Notes under the pieces: generated by a model | What the model was told of the DNA's origin: nothing | The model's database searches: none | What the model saw: only the letters and a program-made list of their open reading frames with translations | Shown: positions 40,550 to 53,529 of the stretch, one piece after another | Numbering within the stretch: position 1 is the stretch's first letter | How the letters are laid out: each line of letters begins with the position of its first letter | Made by a program: the position numbers and the translations under genes | Source of the DNA: an uncultured Cytophagia bacterium | Lineage (GTDB): Bacteria > Zhuqueibacterota > Zhuqueibacteria > Oleimicrobiales > Geothermoviventaceae | Length of the DNA stretch: 64,000 nucleotides | Assembly (NCBI GenBank): GCA_964644845.1 | Contig: CAZXXS010000097.1 | Span: forward strand, 153,838-217,837 | Direction of reading: 5' to 3'

Positions 40550-41514
40550 GCCACCTTCCCCTGCCTGGACCATGGCGTTCTGCCCCGTTCAAGTGATCTT
40601 GCTATTTGACAATCTCGCTGAGTCCGTAAAGGTGGGTTTACTTGGCGGGGATGCCCGGCAGCGACTGCATCTGCACGAGCGGAGCTGAACGGCACACAGG
40701 ATGCCGTAAGAGCGCGTGCTGAGGCTTCTGTTCATCGTGGCTGGCTGATTAGTGGTCTGGCCGGCCCTCGACCCATGGTTTGGACCTCCTTCAAACGCAA
40801 TATATTTCGTAAACCCCTGAATGTCAAGGAGAAAATCGAATTTCCGTCGCTTTTTGCAACTGTACCCTCAAACAGCCGAGGCTGGGCTATGTACGGAGTC
40901 TGGGCCCGGTGCTGGCAGGCAAACGATTCGCTCTTGCGGAGGCGTTGGCGTCCGCTAAAGCAAGGCCAGATTGTGGTACGGGCGTGTTGTCGCAGACCAG
41001 ATCGGTGTTAGCGTACCTGTGAAGCCCGGGCGTTTACGGGGAAGTGGTCCGGGACCTGTTGGGATTTCGAGCGGACATTGGGTGTCGGAGACGGGTGAGG
41101 AGTTTTCGCAAGGCCGCGGTTCGGTTGCAGAAAGATCGGCCCCCTGGGAGCATCGCACGATCGGCAGGAAGGTCAGTCGGTATCTGAGCTTCAGTTGAGC
41201 CCATCCTCTCCAAGCCGGTGAATTGCGTTGTCTCTCGAAGCCTTGATCGGAGCCCACCAGCGGAAGGTTTGTGGGGTTCATTGCTATTTGAGGTGAACCG
41301 TTTGGGGGCTAAGGCGTAAGCCATCGTGGCAGTACGTTTGGAGAACGCTACTCGACTAACGGCATGCGAAAATCTACATAAGCCGCCGAATATTTGCGAT
41401 AACGGCCGAAACAATCAACAATCAGTTAGGTCTGCGAACTCAGGCATGTGACTTGTCCGTTGCGTTGTTGGGTCGGATTGATCTTGTCTGCTCGGATGTT
41501 AAATTAAGGGCGTG

Positions 41515-41541
41515 TTAGCACTCGACGCAGGCGAGTGCTAA
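41515..41541 (+). promoter_or_regulatory. CIRCE operator (HrcA binding site) TTAGCACTC-N9-GAGTGCTAA
   Basis: Perfect match to the CIRCE inverted repeat, 52 nt upstream of the groES start. Confidence 0.9.
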
Positions 41542-41593
41542 CAAAGCCGCCTGTTCTTTGACTTCCGAGCAGAATCCAATTGAGAGAGGAGGG

Positions 41594-41884
41594 ATGGCCA
41601 TGAACATCAAGCCTCTGGCGGACCGCGTTGTGGTTAGACCTCTGGAGCCCGAAGAAAAGAAACAGGGCGGAATCATCATCCCCGACACTGCGAAAGAAAA
41701 ACCGCAGCAGGGCGAAGTGGTTGCCGTTGGACCTGGGAAGGTGGACAACAACGGCAAGCGCATCCCGCTGGAAGTGAAAGTCGGGGACAAGGTTCTGTTC
41801 GGCAAGTACGCGGGCACGGAGGTTGAGCTGGATGGTCAGGAGTACCTGATCATGCGTGAGGCCGACATTCTGGCTGTTGTGTGA
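41594..41884 (+). CDS. groES: co-chaperonin GroES
   Basis: [14 protein letters not shown]… (the call begins 2 codons upstream at MAMNIKPL). Classic GroES. Confidence 0.9.
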   Translation: MAMNIKPLADRVVVRPLEPEEKKQGGIIIPDTAKEKPQQGEVVAVGPGKVDNNGKRIPLEVKVGDKVLFGKYAGTEVELDGQEYLIMREADILAVV

Positions 41885-41908
41885 GTGTGTGGGGCAAAGG
41901 TGGAGTAA

Positions 41909-43552
<1,644 letters not shown>

Positions 43553-43579
43553 GAAGCCGCAACACCCTGCAGTAGAAAG

Positions 43580-43618
43580 AAGCCCCGGAGCGCTGAGCGC
43601 TTCGGGGCTTTATTTTTA
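43580..43618. terminator. bidirectional rho-independent terminator between groEL(+) and gcvPA(-)
   Basis: 12-bp GC stem (GCCCCGGAGCGC-tga-GCGCTTCGGGGC) with A-rich 5' and T-rich 3' flanks. Confidence 0.8.
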
Positions 43619-43695
43619 CAGCGCAGTGGGGTCTTTACGGGAGCCGTTACGACGGGGCGGTGACGACGAAATCCGCTTGGTGCACCTTGCAGATC

Positions 43696-45036
43696 TCAGG
43701 GCAACCTCTTCAAGACTTCCACAAAACGGTCCATTTCTTCGCGCGTTCGCTTCTCGGTAACTGCTACCAGCAAATCGTGGGTGCGTTCCGGGTAGAACTG
43801 CGAAAGCGGCACCCCCGCGAAAATCTTGTCGTTCAGGAGCTTTTGAACCAGCTTTTCGGCGGGGATGGGTGTGCGCACAACGAATTCTTTGAAGAAAGGT
43901 CGATTGTGTGCGAGTTGGAAGCCCGGCAGTTCTGCAATCCGCTGAGCAAGGTAGTGGCTCTTTTGCAGAGACATTTCGGCCACGCGGCGGAAACCTTGCT
44001 TCCCCAGCAGGGCCAGGTGCACCGTGGCTGCCAGCGCCAGCAGACCCTGGTTCGTGCAAATGTTGGAAGTGGCTTTTTCTCGCCGAATGTGTTGCTCCCG
44101 GGTCTGCAGGGTCATGACAAAGCCACGTCTTCCCTGCGTGTCCACGGTCATTCCGATCAAGCGACCGGGCATGCGACGCACCAGGTTCTGTTTCACGGCG
44201 AACAGTCCCAGATACGGTCCGCCAAAACTGAGGGGAATGCCAAGGGGTTGTCCCTCACCCGTAGCGATGTCGGTGCCGTACGCCCCCGGAGGTTTGAGAA
44301 CACCGAGAGAGATCGGATCGTTTGACGTGACGAGCAGAGCGCCAGCTTCATGTGCCGCTTGGGAAATCGCGTCTACGTCTTCAAGCACGCCGTAGAAATT
44401 CGGGTGCTGAATCAGGACACACGCTGTGTCGTGCACAACCTCTGCTGTTAGCGCAGAGACATCGGTCGTGCCGTCCACCTCAGGAACCTCAACTACCTCG
44501 ATGTTCTGGCCGCGCGTGTAGGTGCGCAGGACCTCGCGGTAAAGCGGGTGCAGTGTTGAGGCCACTACAACACGAGGCCTGCGCGTCTGGGCCACAGCCA
44601 TCAGGGCTGCTTCTGCAAGAGCCGAAGCGCCGTCGTACATCGAGGCGTTGGCGACGTCCATTGCTGTGAGTTCACAAACCAGGGTCTGGTATTCGTAAAT
44701 GGCCTGCAGGGTACCCTGGCTGACTTCAGCTTGGTACGGTGTGTAGGCCGTGTAGAACTCGGACCGCAGCAGGATGTGGTCAACCGCGGCGGGGACGAAG
44801 TGATCGTAGGCTCCCGCTCCGAGAAAGCACGTGTATTCCTCGGTTGTCGTGTTTCGCTCGGAGAGATCGCGAAGCAAACGCGTCGCTTCGTACTCGGATA
44901 GAGCCTTGGGGAGATTCAGAAGCCCTTTCAACTTGAACTGGTCGGGGATGTGCGAGATGAGCTCATCGAAACTGGAAACGCCAATCGCAGCAAGCATGCG
45001 CTGCCGATCGGCGTCCGTCATCGGGATGTAATGCAT
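43696..45036 (-). CDS. gcvPA: glycine dehydrogenase (decarboxylating) subunit 1
   Basis: 446 aa, strongly GcvPA-like. No gcvPB is adjacent. Confidence 0.85.
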   Translation of the reverse strand: MHYIPMTDADRQRMLAAIGVSSFDELISHIPDQFKLKGLLNLPKALSEYEATRLLRDLSERNTTTEEYTCFLGAGAYDHFVPAAVDHILLRSEFYTAYTPYQAEVSQGTLQAIYEYQTLVCELTAMDVANASMYDGASALAEAALMAVAQTRRPRVVVASTLHPLYREVLRTYTRGQNIEVVEVPEVDGTTDVSALTAEVVHDTACVLIQHPNFYGVLEDVDAISQAAHEAGALLVTSNDPISLGVLKPPGAYGTDIATGEGQPLGIPLSFGGPYLGLFAVKQNLVRRMPGRLIGMTVDTQGRRGFVMTLQTREQHIRREKATSNICTNQGLLALAATVHLALLGKQGFRRVAEMSLQKSHYLAQRIAELPGFQLAHNRPFFKEFVVRTPIPAEKLVQKLLNDKIFAGVPLSQFYPERTHDLLVAVTEKRTREEMDRFVEVLKRLP

Positions 45037-45063
45037 CGAAGGCCTCTTGCTTTGGCTTGTTGC

Positions 45064-45444
45064 CTATTCCCCGATCACCTGTTTGTAGTCTTCGGCGCTG
45101 AGTAGTTTCTCAAGTTCGGAAGGATCGGCCATCTCAACCCGAATCATCCAGCCGTCGCCGTAGGGATCCTTGTTGACCAGATCCGGAGAATCCGCCAGCG
45201 CTTCGTTGATTTCCACCACTTCTCCCGTCAGCGGGGCGTACAGATCCGACACAGCTTTTACGGCTTCGATCGTGCCAAAGGGTTCCATTTGCTTCGTTTT
45301 GTCGCCAACGTTTGGCAATTCGATGTAAACGATGTCGCCCAGCTCACTTTGAGCGTAATCGGTGATGCCAATTGTGGCCACATTGCCGTCCACGCGCACC
45401 CACTCGTGTTCCTCGGTGTACAAAAGATCGTCCGGAATGTTCAT
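45064..45444 (-). CDS. gcvH: glycine cleavage system H protein
   Basis: Lipoyl-lysine motif EAVKAV. Start at MNIPDDLLYTEEHEW after a GGAGG RBS. Confidence 0.85.
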   Translation of the reverse strand: MNIPDDLLYTEEHEWVRVDGNVATIGITDYAQSELGDIVYIELPNVGDKTKQMEPFGTIEAVKAVSDLYAPLTGEVVEINEALADSPDLVNKDPYGDGWMIRVEMADPSELEKLLSAEDYKQVIGE

Positions 45445-45561
45445 GTGAACCTCCATCTGCCCGTTTGGTCCTCTGATTTTCCCCAGCGATTGTGCGGGTT
45501 ACCTTTGTCGCGAGAAGATTGCCGTAGCTTCCCCCTGCAATGCGTGCGAACCAGGTCTTGA

Positions 45562-46929
<1,368 letters not shown>

Positions 46930-47069
46930 AGCCTTCCCTTCGAGCTTGAGTTGCTGTCGTCCTGTAGCGACTCCGCATCAGTTGGGCCTGCCGCGAGGTA
47001 AGCGACACCTTGGGGCCCAACTGACACGACAAAGGCGCCTCAGACAACCTCGGCGCCTCGTACGGAATC

Positions 47070-47582
47070 TCAGTTCACCGGCTCCAGTCTGAAGAGTACC
47101 TGGTTGTACTCCACAGGCTGGGCGTTCTCGACGCAAATCTCGACGATCTTACCGGAAACCTCGGCCTCGATCTCGTTCATCAACTTCATGGCTTCGATGA
47201 TGCAAAGCACCTGTCCAGGCGAGACCACATCGCCGACTTTCACGTAAGGCTCGGCTCCTGGAGCGGGGGCCCGGTAAAACGTACCTACCATTGGTGAACG
47301 AACTTCGATGAGTTCCTTCGCTTCCCCGGGTTCAGACTCGCTCTGAGCAGGCTGCGCTTGTACAGGTTGGGATGCTGCAGCAGGTGTCGGCTGGGCAGGG
47401 GCCGGTGCTGGCGCAACGGGTGCCGCTGGCAGAACGACATTTTCTGCGCCGTTCACGGAACCGTTGCCAGGAGTGGCGTATTTGCGAATGCGAACTTTTC
47501 TGCCCCACCGGGAGACCTCAAGCTCAGCGATGTTGCTTTCCTCGACGATCTTGACAAGTCGCCGAATTTCTTCCTCTCTCAT
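47070..47582 (-). CDS. accB: acetyl-CoA carboxylase biotin carboxyl carrier protein
   Basis: [17 protein letters not shown] biotinyl-lysine motif and an Ala/Pro-rich linker. Start at MREEE after a GGGAGGTG RBS. Confidence 0.85.
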   Translation of the reverse strand: MREEEIRRLVKIVEESNIAELEVSRWGRKVRIRKYATPGNGSVNGAENVVLPAAPVAPAPAPAQPTPAAASQPVQAQPAQSESEPGEAKELIEVRSPMVGTFYRAPAPGAEPYVKVGDVVSPGQVLCIIEAMKLMNEIEAEVSGKIVEICVENAQPVEYNQVLFRLEPVN

Positions 47583-47615
47583 TTCACCTCCCAACGGTAC
47601 GCCCCATGGCCGAAA

Positions 47616-48176
47616 TCAGCGGACGCGCTCGATGTACTCTCCCGTTCGCGTGTCCACTTTCAAAACGTCGCCCTCGTTGATGAAAAGCGGTACCTGGATG
47701 ACAGCCCCTGTCTCAAGAGTTGCTGGCTTCGACCCCCCGGAGGCTGTGTCGCCACGAACACCAGGCTCTGTTTTGGCCACAGCCAGTTCGACGAAAAACG
47801 GCAGCTCGACGCCAACCGGTGTTTCACCGTGAAAAAGGACTTCTACCTCTTGCCCTTCTTTCAGGAAGAGACGTTTGTCGCCGAGCATCTCCTCGCTGAT
47901 CGGTACCTGCTCGTAGGTCTCGGTGTCCATGAAAACGTACTGGCCTTCGCTTTGGTACAGGTACTGCATGGTTTTGCGCTCGATTCGGACGTCTTCGACC
48001 TTTTCGCCGGATCGGAACGTGCGGTCAATCACGCGGCCAGTCTTCAGGTTCTTCAACTTGGTCCGTACGAAAGCCGTTCCCTTGCCGGGGTTAACGTGCA
48101 AAAACTCCACGATTGTCCAGATCTCGCCGTCCAAGAGGATTGTCAGACCATTCCGAAAGTCTGAGGTGGTTGCCAT
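47616..48176 (-). CDS. efp: elongation factor P
   Basis: 186 aa canonical EF-P (…[16 protein letters not shown]…). Confidence 0.9.
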   Translation of the reverse strand: MATTSDFRNGLTILLDGEIWTIVEFLHVNPGKGTAFVRTKLKNLKTGRVIDRTFRSGEKVEDVRIERKTMQYLYQSEGQYVFMDTETYEQVPISEEMLGDKRLFLKEGQEVEVLFHGETPVGVELPFFVELAVAKTEPGVRGDTASGGSKPATLETGAVIQVPLFINEGDVLKVDTRTGEYIERVR

Positions 48177-49000
48177 GCAGTAGGGCCTCCTTGTTGCCGC
48201 CGATTCTTCAACTGTCCTCGAAGCGTAGTACCGCTCGCGAAATGACTGGAGAACCGCTTTCCGCGGTTGCTTTTTACCGGTCCGAACGCCAGTTGGTCAA
48301 GGATGGAGCGCTGCCCTGGTCTTGCAGTTAGTTCCTTGTGGTGCTTGCCCTGGCTCAACTCAGTTACCGGGAAAACCGCACTTGTGAACGCGTCTCAGGA
48401 CAGGCGCTAATTTCACAAAAAGCAATCGAATATAATCCAAGCTCGGCTAAAAGTCAATGGCTTTGTCGTCGGACAGAGCCGCGACGAACTCGGCAGGAAC
48501 TCCTCGAGGGTGCCCACTGCCTTTGTTCGGAAAGTGCTGTCTACGACGAGGTCGCTGCAGCTTGACCGGCTGGATCTTGCCCGTCGAGCCTGCCCCGTGG
48601 GTAAAGAAAGACTTGTGCTTTAGTTCGCCAGGTGGCGCAGTGTTCTTGCTGAGTCTACCCGGTCCTCTGCTCAACTCTCCTCTTGACCGAACGCCAGCGG
48701 TTTGCTACTTTACAACAACGTCACAACTCTTCCTGGAGATTGCGCGGTGAGGCGTGTGTGCTGTGCGCAGTGCACGTTGGATGTGCCAAACCTTTCAGAG
48801 GTGCGAAAAGGAACAGGGGCGAAGCGCAAGAAATCTACCCAATTCCCGGAGGCACTCGTCAGAGGCGTCCGGTAGACTGAGAGGGCGACGTTTCGACGAA
48901 CCGTGTTTGCTGGCACGGAGTAGGGACGGGGGAACGGGGCACTGCGTGACGGAGCTACCTTGTGCGGAGTGCTCAAGCAAAAGAAGCAGCGTCACCCAAA

Positions 49001-51463
49001 ATGAGGTGCAGTGAACCCAGTGCGGAGTCCGTTTTGAGAAAACGATTGGATCTTGGTGGTGACTGGCACTTTCGTTGCGTAACGCCCGGGTGTCCGAACG
49101 CCCGTTGGGCCGAGTGGCACCGCGCAACAGTGCCAGGTGTGGTCCACACGGACCTGCTGTCCAACGGACTAATTCCGGAACCCTTCTACGCGGACAACGA
49201 GCGCGTCATCCAGCCTGTGCACGAGCAAGACTGGCAGTACAGGAGGGAGTTCGACTGTTCTGGCGGCGAAGGGCCGGTTACCCTCGTCTGCGAAGGGTTG
49301 GACACCGTGGCGGAGGTACGGCTCAACGGCAATTTGGTTGGACAATCCGAAAGCATGTTCCTTGTCTACCGCTGGGATGTCACCCGATTCTTGCAGCGGG
49401 GGCGCAACACACTGGAAGTTACCTTTCGGTCGCCCTTGCGTGCCGCAGAGGCCTACCGCGAACGCTACGGCCTGCTACGGTCGATGCACAAAGAGTACGA
49501 CGAGCCACGCCTTTACATCCGCAAAGCGCAGTACGCGTTCGGTTGGGATTGGGGTCCTGCGTTTCCCACGGTGGGCATCTGGCGGCCCATTTACCTTGAG
49601 GTGACCAACCGACCCGCATTGACGGACGTGTGGGCGAAAGTCCTGCGCGCCGATGAAAAAGAAGCGCGGCTGGCGGTTAGCGTTGAACTGAACGGGAACA
49701 CCAAGGGGCTGCAACTTCAGGTAGCCCTGTGGCGATCGGGGACGAAAGTGGCGGAGACCCGTGTCGCTGCCGAGCCCGACGCGGTGACCTGTGAATTGAA
49801 TGTGACAAATCCCGACCTGTGGTGGCCGAACGGCTACGGCGCGCCTGCTCTGTACGATCTGGTTGTCCGGCTCGTCGGCAACGGCGAGGTGGTCGACGAA
49901 CGGCGCGTACGTGTCGGTTTACGCACAGTACAGTTGGTTCTGCAACGCGACGGCGCACCTGCCTTTGCCTTCAAAGTGAACGGACGCGAGATCTTCGCAA
50001 AGGGCGCGGACTGGATCCCGGCCGACAGCTTTCTGCCGCGCGTGGGACGCGCCAAGCTCGAAACGCTTCTTCGCTACGCTCGTGATGCCCACATGAACAT
50101 GCTGCGCGTCTGGGGCGGCGGTATCTACGAGGACGATGCCTTCTACGACCTTTGCGACGAGCTCGGTTTGCTCGTGTGGCAGGATTTCGCTTTCGCCTGT
50201 GGTGTGTACCCGGAGGACGCGCATTTTCTTGACCTCGTTCGTGCCGAGGTGGAACAGAACGTTCGACGACTGCGCAACCACCCGAGCGTGGCGCTGTGGT
50301 GCGGGAACAACGAATGCGAGTGGATCTGGCGCCGGGAAACACAGGAGCCCGTGGAGCACATGCCCGGTTACAGGATTTTCCACGACCTGATTCCCGAATG
50401 GCTCTCCCAACTGGACGATTCGCGACCCTACTGGCCGACCTCCCCCTGGGGAGATCCGGACGACCCAGACTCAGAGACAACCGGAAACCGGCACCAGTGG
50501 GACATCTGGAGCCGCTGGGTCGACTACCGTGAGGTGAAGCGCGACCACAGCCTGTTCGTGACCGAGTTCGGTTTCCAGGGACCCGCCAATCGACAAACCC
50601 TGGAAGCCGTGTTGCCCGAGGAAGAGCGCTGGCCCCAGAGCAGGCTTTTCGAGTTTCACAACAAACAGGTCGAAGGCACTGAGCGTCTGTTCCGTTTCCT
50701 GGCTGGGCATTTGAAGGTTGAAACCGATTTTGGCCGCTTCATTCACGCTGCGCAGTTGAATCAGGCCTTAGCTCTGAAGACCTGTGTGGAGCACTGGCGC
50801 TCCGGTTGGCCGCGGACGGCGGGGGTGCTGATCTGGCAACTCAACGACTGCTGGCCTGTCACGAGCTGGGCCCTGATTGACGGCAACCTGATTCCGAAGG
50901 CTGCCTACTACTGGGCCCGACGGTTCTTCAGCCCGGTTTCGCTCCTGGTTGAGGTGGATGACGGCGTGGTGTTCACACTGCTCAACGATACGTTCGAAGC
51001 CGCCTCGGGTGAACTGCTCTGGCAACTACGCAGCACTGACGGTCAACAGATCACTTCGGGTAAGCTTCTTGTCGAGGTGCCGGCGCAAACGGTGCGAACC
51101 ATCCGGGACGTGCCGATTGACGTGCCAGAGGACACCCCTAAGGAGCGTCTGTACATTCTGGCGGAGTTCCGCGGGTCGGGATTCCCGGTGACTCGGGCGC
51201 GGACGTTTTTCGTCGAATTGAAACACCTGCAGTTGCCTGTGCCGCACGTGAACGTGGCGAGCTTTGCTCTGGAAGGACGCTCTGGTGCTGTTGAACTGGA
51301 AGCGAAGACGCTTGTGCTTGGGTTGCAGCTGGAATTGCCGGGCGCGGTGTTTGCAGACAACTTCTTTGACCTGGAACCTGGGCAAAGAAGGAGAGTTGAT
51401 TTTGACTTGGCGGGCGAAGTTAGCCCAAACCGGCGCGATCTGAAGCTGACGTACTTGCGTTAG
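49001..51463 (+). CDS. GH2 beta-mannosidase
   Basis: About 820 aa. N-terminal sugar-binding and TIM-barrel regions with GH2 catalytic signatures (…WCGNNECEW…, …FVTEFGFQG…). An alternative GTG start lies at 48962. Confidence 0.75.
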   Translation: MRCSEPSAESVLRKRLDLGGDWHFRCVTPGCPNARWAEWHRATVPGVVHTDLLSNGLIPEPFYADNERVIQPVHEQDWQYRREFDCSGGEGPVTLVCEGLDTVAEVRLNGNLVGQSESMFLVYRWDVTRFLQRGRNTLEVTFRSPLRAAEAYRERYGLLRSMHKEYDEPRLYIRKAQYAFGWDWGPAFPTVGIWRPIYLEVTNRPALTDVWAKVLRADEKEARLAVSVELNGNTKGLQLQVALWRSGTKVAETRVAAEPDAVTCELNVTNPDLWWPNGYGAPALYDLVVRLVGNGEVVDERRVRVGLRTVQLVLQRDGAPAFAFKVNGREIFAKGADWIPADSFLPRVGRAKLETLLRYARDAHMNMLRVWGGGIYEDDAFYDLCDELGLLVWQDFAFACGVYPEDAHFLDLVRAEVEQNVRRLRNHPSVALWCGNNECEWIWRRETQEPVEHMPGYRIFHDLIPEWLSQLDDSRPYWPTSPWGDPDDPDSETTGNRHQWDIWSRWVDYREVKRDHSLFVTEFGFQGPANRQTLEAVLPEEERWPQSRLFEFHNKQVEGTERLFRFLAGHLKVETDFGRFIHAAQLNQALALKTCVEHWRSGWPRTAGVLIWQLNDCWPVTSWALIDGNLIPKAAYYWARRFFSPVSLLVEVDDGVVFTLLNDTFEAASGELLWQLRSTDGQQITSGKLLVEVPAQTVRTIRDVPIDVPEDTPKERLYILAEFRGSGFPVTRARTFFVELKHLQLPVPHVNVASFALEGRSGAVELEAKTLVLGLQLELPGAVFADNFFDLEPGQRRRVDFDLAGEVSPNRRDLKLTYLR

Positions 51464-51646
51464 CACCCCTTGAGAAGCATCTGCAGAAAACCCGTTTTTG
51501 AGTCCTGTGTCAAAACGGGCCCAAGCAGCAGCAATTTCTAAAGATCTGGCCTAAATTCCGAAAATTTAGATGGAAACTGGTGGTGTGTCGCTGTGGCACT
51601 GGTAGTAGAAAACCGGAGGGAAAGGCAACTGAAGCAGGGTGGAGGC

Positions 51647-52597
51647 ATGGACGGGATCGACCTTTTCACGCGCTTCGAAGGTAACCCGATTCTGACACCG
51701 GAAGACTGGCCGTACCTGGCAAATGCAGTGTTCAACGCCGGCGCGGTGGAAATCGACGGCGAGACGGTTCTGCTGGTGCGGGTGGAAGACATGCGCGGCA
51801 TGTCGCACCTGACCGTGGCTCGCAGCAGGGATGGACGGACGAATTGGGAGATCGACCCGGAGCCGACTCTTCTTCCAGATGTTGAGAATCACCCGGAAGA
51901 GATCTGGGGGATCGAAGACCCACGAATTGTTTACCTGGAGGAGAAGGGCGTCTACGCGGTGACTTACGCTTCTTTTTCGATGGGTGGCCCCCTGGTCTCG
52001 CTGGCCATGACCGAAGATTTCAAGACATTTGACAGACTGGGACCGATCATGCCGCCCGAAGACAAAGATGCATCGCTTTTCCCGCGCCGGTTCAACGGCT
52101 TGTGGGCCCTGATTCACCGTCCCATGCCTTCGTCGGCTGGCGAAGGAGCGCACATCTGGATCTCCTTCTCACGCGACCTTACGCACTGGGGCGAACACCG
52201 CATTCTGCTGCCTGCACGGCGCGGTGGCTGGTGGGACGCCAACAAGGTGGGGTTGGGGGCTCAACCGATCGAAACCCCGGAGGGCTGGCTCATCTTGTAC
52301 CACGGCGTGCGCGTCACCGCGTCCGGAAGCCTCTACCGCGTGGGGGCGGCTCTTTTGGACCTGGAAAACCCCAGTCGCGTGCTCAGGCGCACGGACCAGT
52401 GGATTTTCGGTCCGAAAGAACCTTACGAGCGCACCGGCGACGTGCCCGGCGTGACCTTCCCGTGTGGGGTGATTGTGGACAGAGAGAGAGACGAACTGCG
52501 CATGTACTACGGTGCTGCCGATTCGACCGTCGCTCTGGCGACTGCCAAATTCAGTGAGGTGCTGGACTACGTGCTGAGTTGTCCGGAGCCTCGGTGA
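51647..52597 (+). CDS. GH130 beta-mannoside phosphorylase-family protein
   Basis: 316 aa from MDGIDLFTRFEGNPIL…, a typical GH130 beta-propeller start. RBS GGGTGGAGG. Confidence 0.75.
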   Translation: MDGIDLFTRFEGNPILTPEDWPYLANAVFNAGAVEIDGETVLLVRVEDMRGMSHLTVARSRDGRTNWEIDPEPTLLPDVENHPEEIWGIEDPRIVYLEEKGVYAVTYASFSMGGPLVSLAMTEDFKTFDRLGPIMPPEDKDASLFPRRFNGLWALIHRPMPSSAGEGAHIWISFSRDLTHWGEHRILLPARRGGWWDANKVGLGAQPIETPEGWLILYHGVRVTASGSLYRVGAALLDLENPSRVLRRTDQWIFGPKEPYERTGDVPGVTFPCGVIVDRERDELRMYYGAADSTVALATAKFSEVLDYVLSCPEPR

Positions 52598-52808
52598 AAT
52601 TTGGCCAAATCGGAAAACCATTTGCCAATCCGTTCTCGTTTTGGGGGGCGTGAAATCTGGAATTGGCCTACGGGCGGGCGTTGTCGGTCCTGGACCTGTG
52701 CGGCTGACGGCGTTCTTGGTTGGGTGGCAGTTGTCTCCAGGTAGGCCGTTTTGGCGGACCGTGTGTGCCGGGGTTCAGACTGCAGGTGCCACGAAGGGGC
52801 TGCCGGGT

Positions 52809-52961
52809 TCACTTCCTGGTCGGCCAGAGAAGCTGCGCCAGTCCCGTCAAGACGCCAGCCAAGGTAAGCGTTAACCCCGCGTAGAGGGCGGCGGTCTGGG
52901 ACCGGAGGAAGCCGTACCCCGTGCACAGAAGGCCGACGGCAAGCACCATGGCCGAAATCAT
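52809..52961 (-). CDS. candidate small two-TM membrane protein (about 50 aa)
   Basis: MISAMVLAVGLLCTGYGFLRSQTAALYAGLTLTLAGVLTGLAQLLWPTRK preceded by AAAGGGA. No homology basis, composition only. Confidence 0.25.
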   Translation of the reverse strand: MISAMVLAVGLLCTGYGFLRSQTAALYAGLTLTLAGVLTGLAQLLWPTRK

Positions 52962-53529
52962 CTGTCCCTTTGTGGTGCCGCGACCTGCTGACGCCCCAAC
53001 GTGCTCACTGCCTGTCGCCTGCATTCCGTACGCTCCTTAGCGCGAAAATCTGACACCTTCCTAAATGCTCTGTTAGACCGCGAACAGACCGCGTCCGAGA
53101 CATTTGGCAGCGTGCTGTGTGCGCCACAGGTTACGTCCGGCAGCGGAGAAAAGCAAACGAAACGTTGCCACGTTCGACCCGCTTGGGGTGAGTACGTTCG
53201 GCCGAGACCGCGCGAGTGCAGCCGAAAGAGAGGTCTCGTCGCGGGGTGTCTTTGCCTGCTAAGCGTGTCCGTGTGGCTGAGGGGAGCGGCTAAGGTGCCG
53301 ATGCGAATCGTTCTGCCGCCAGATGGCGAACGCCTGGAGTGCACCTGCGACGGAAATTGAACAGGGCTCGGGAACCCCGGAAGGGCGTGCGGTCGTTAAT
53401 TAACCTGGGGTTTTGCTGCACTTGCTTTCCTGCCTTGGTTCCGGCAGATGAACACTGCCCGGTTTCTTTCTCTCTGTCGAAATCTCCGCAACTGACAACT
53501 GAGCGACCAAGGGGACAACGGAGGCTTAC

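Noticed and set aside
40703-40719. RNase P-like GCCGTAAGAGCGCGTGC
   Set aside because: An isolated 10-mer match. The expected 5' half would overlap the KH-protein gene, and no P4 strands were found.
41300-41500. tmRNA (ssrA) in the AT-richer region before CIRCE
   Set aside because: No GGGG…GATTC 5' end, no tRNA-like GGTTCGANTCC T-arm with CCA terminus, and no ANDxxALAA-type tag reading frame.
43660-44325. 221-aa plus-strand ORF opposite gcvPA, and the 164-aa ORF at 4771-5265 opposite marR
   Set aside because: Antisense to strongly homologous genes. No start or RBS support.
45445-45561. Glycine riboswitch upstream of gcvH
   Set aside because: The minus-strand leader lacks the GGAGAG…CACCGAAGGGGCAA aptamer consensus.
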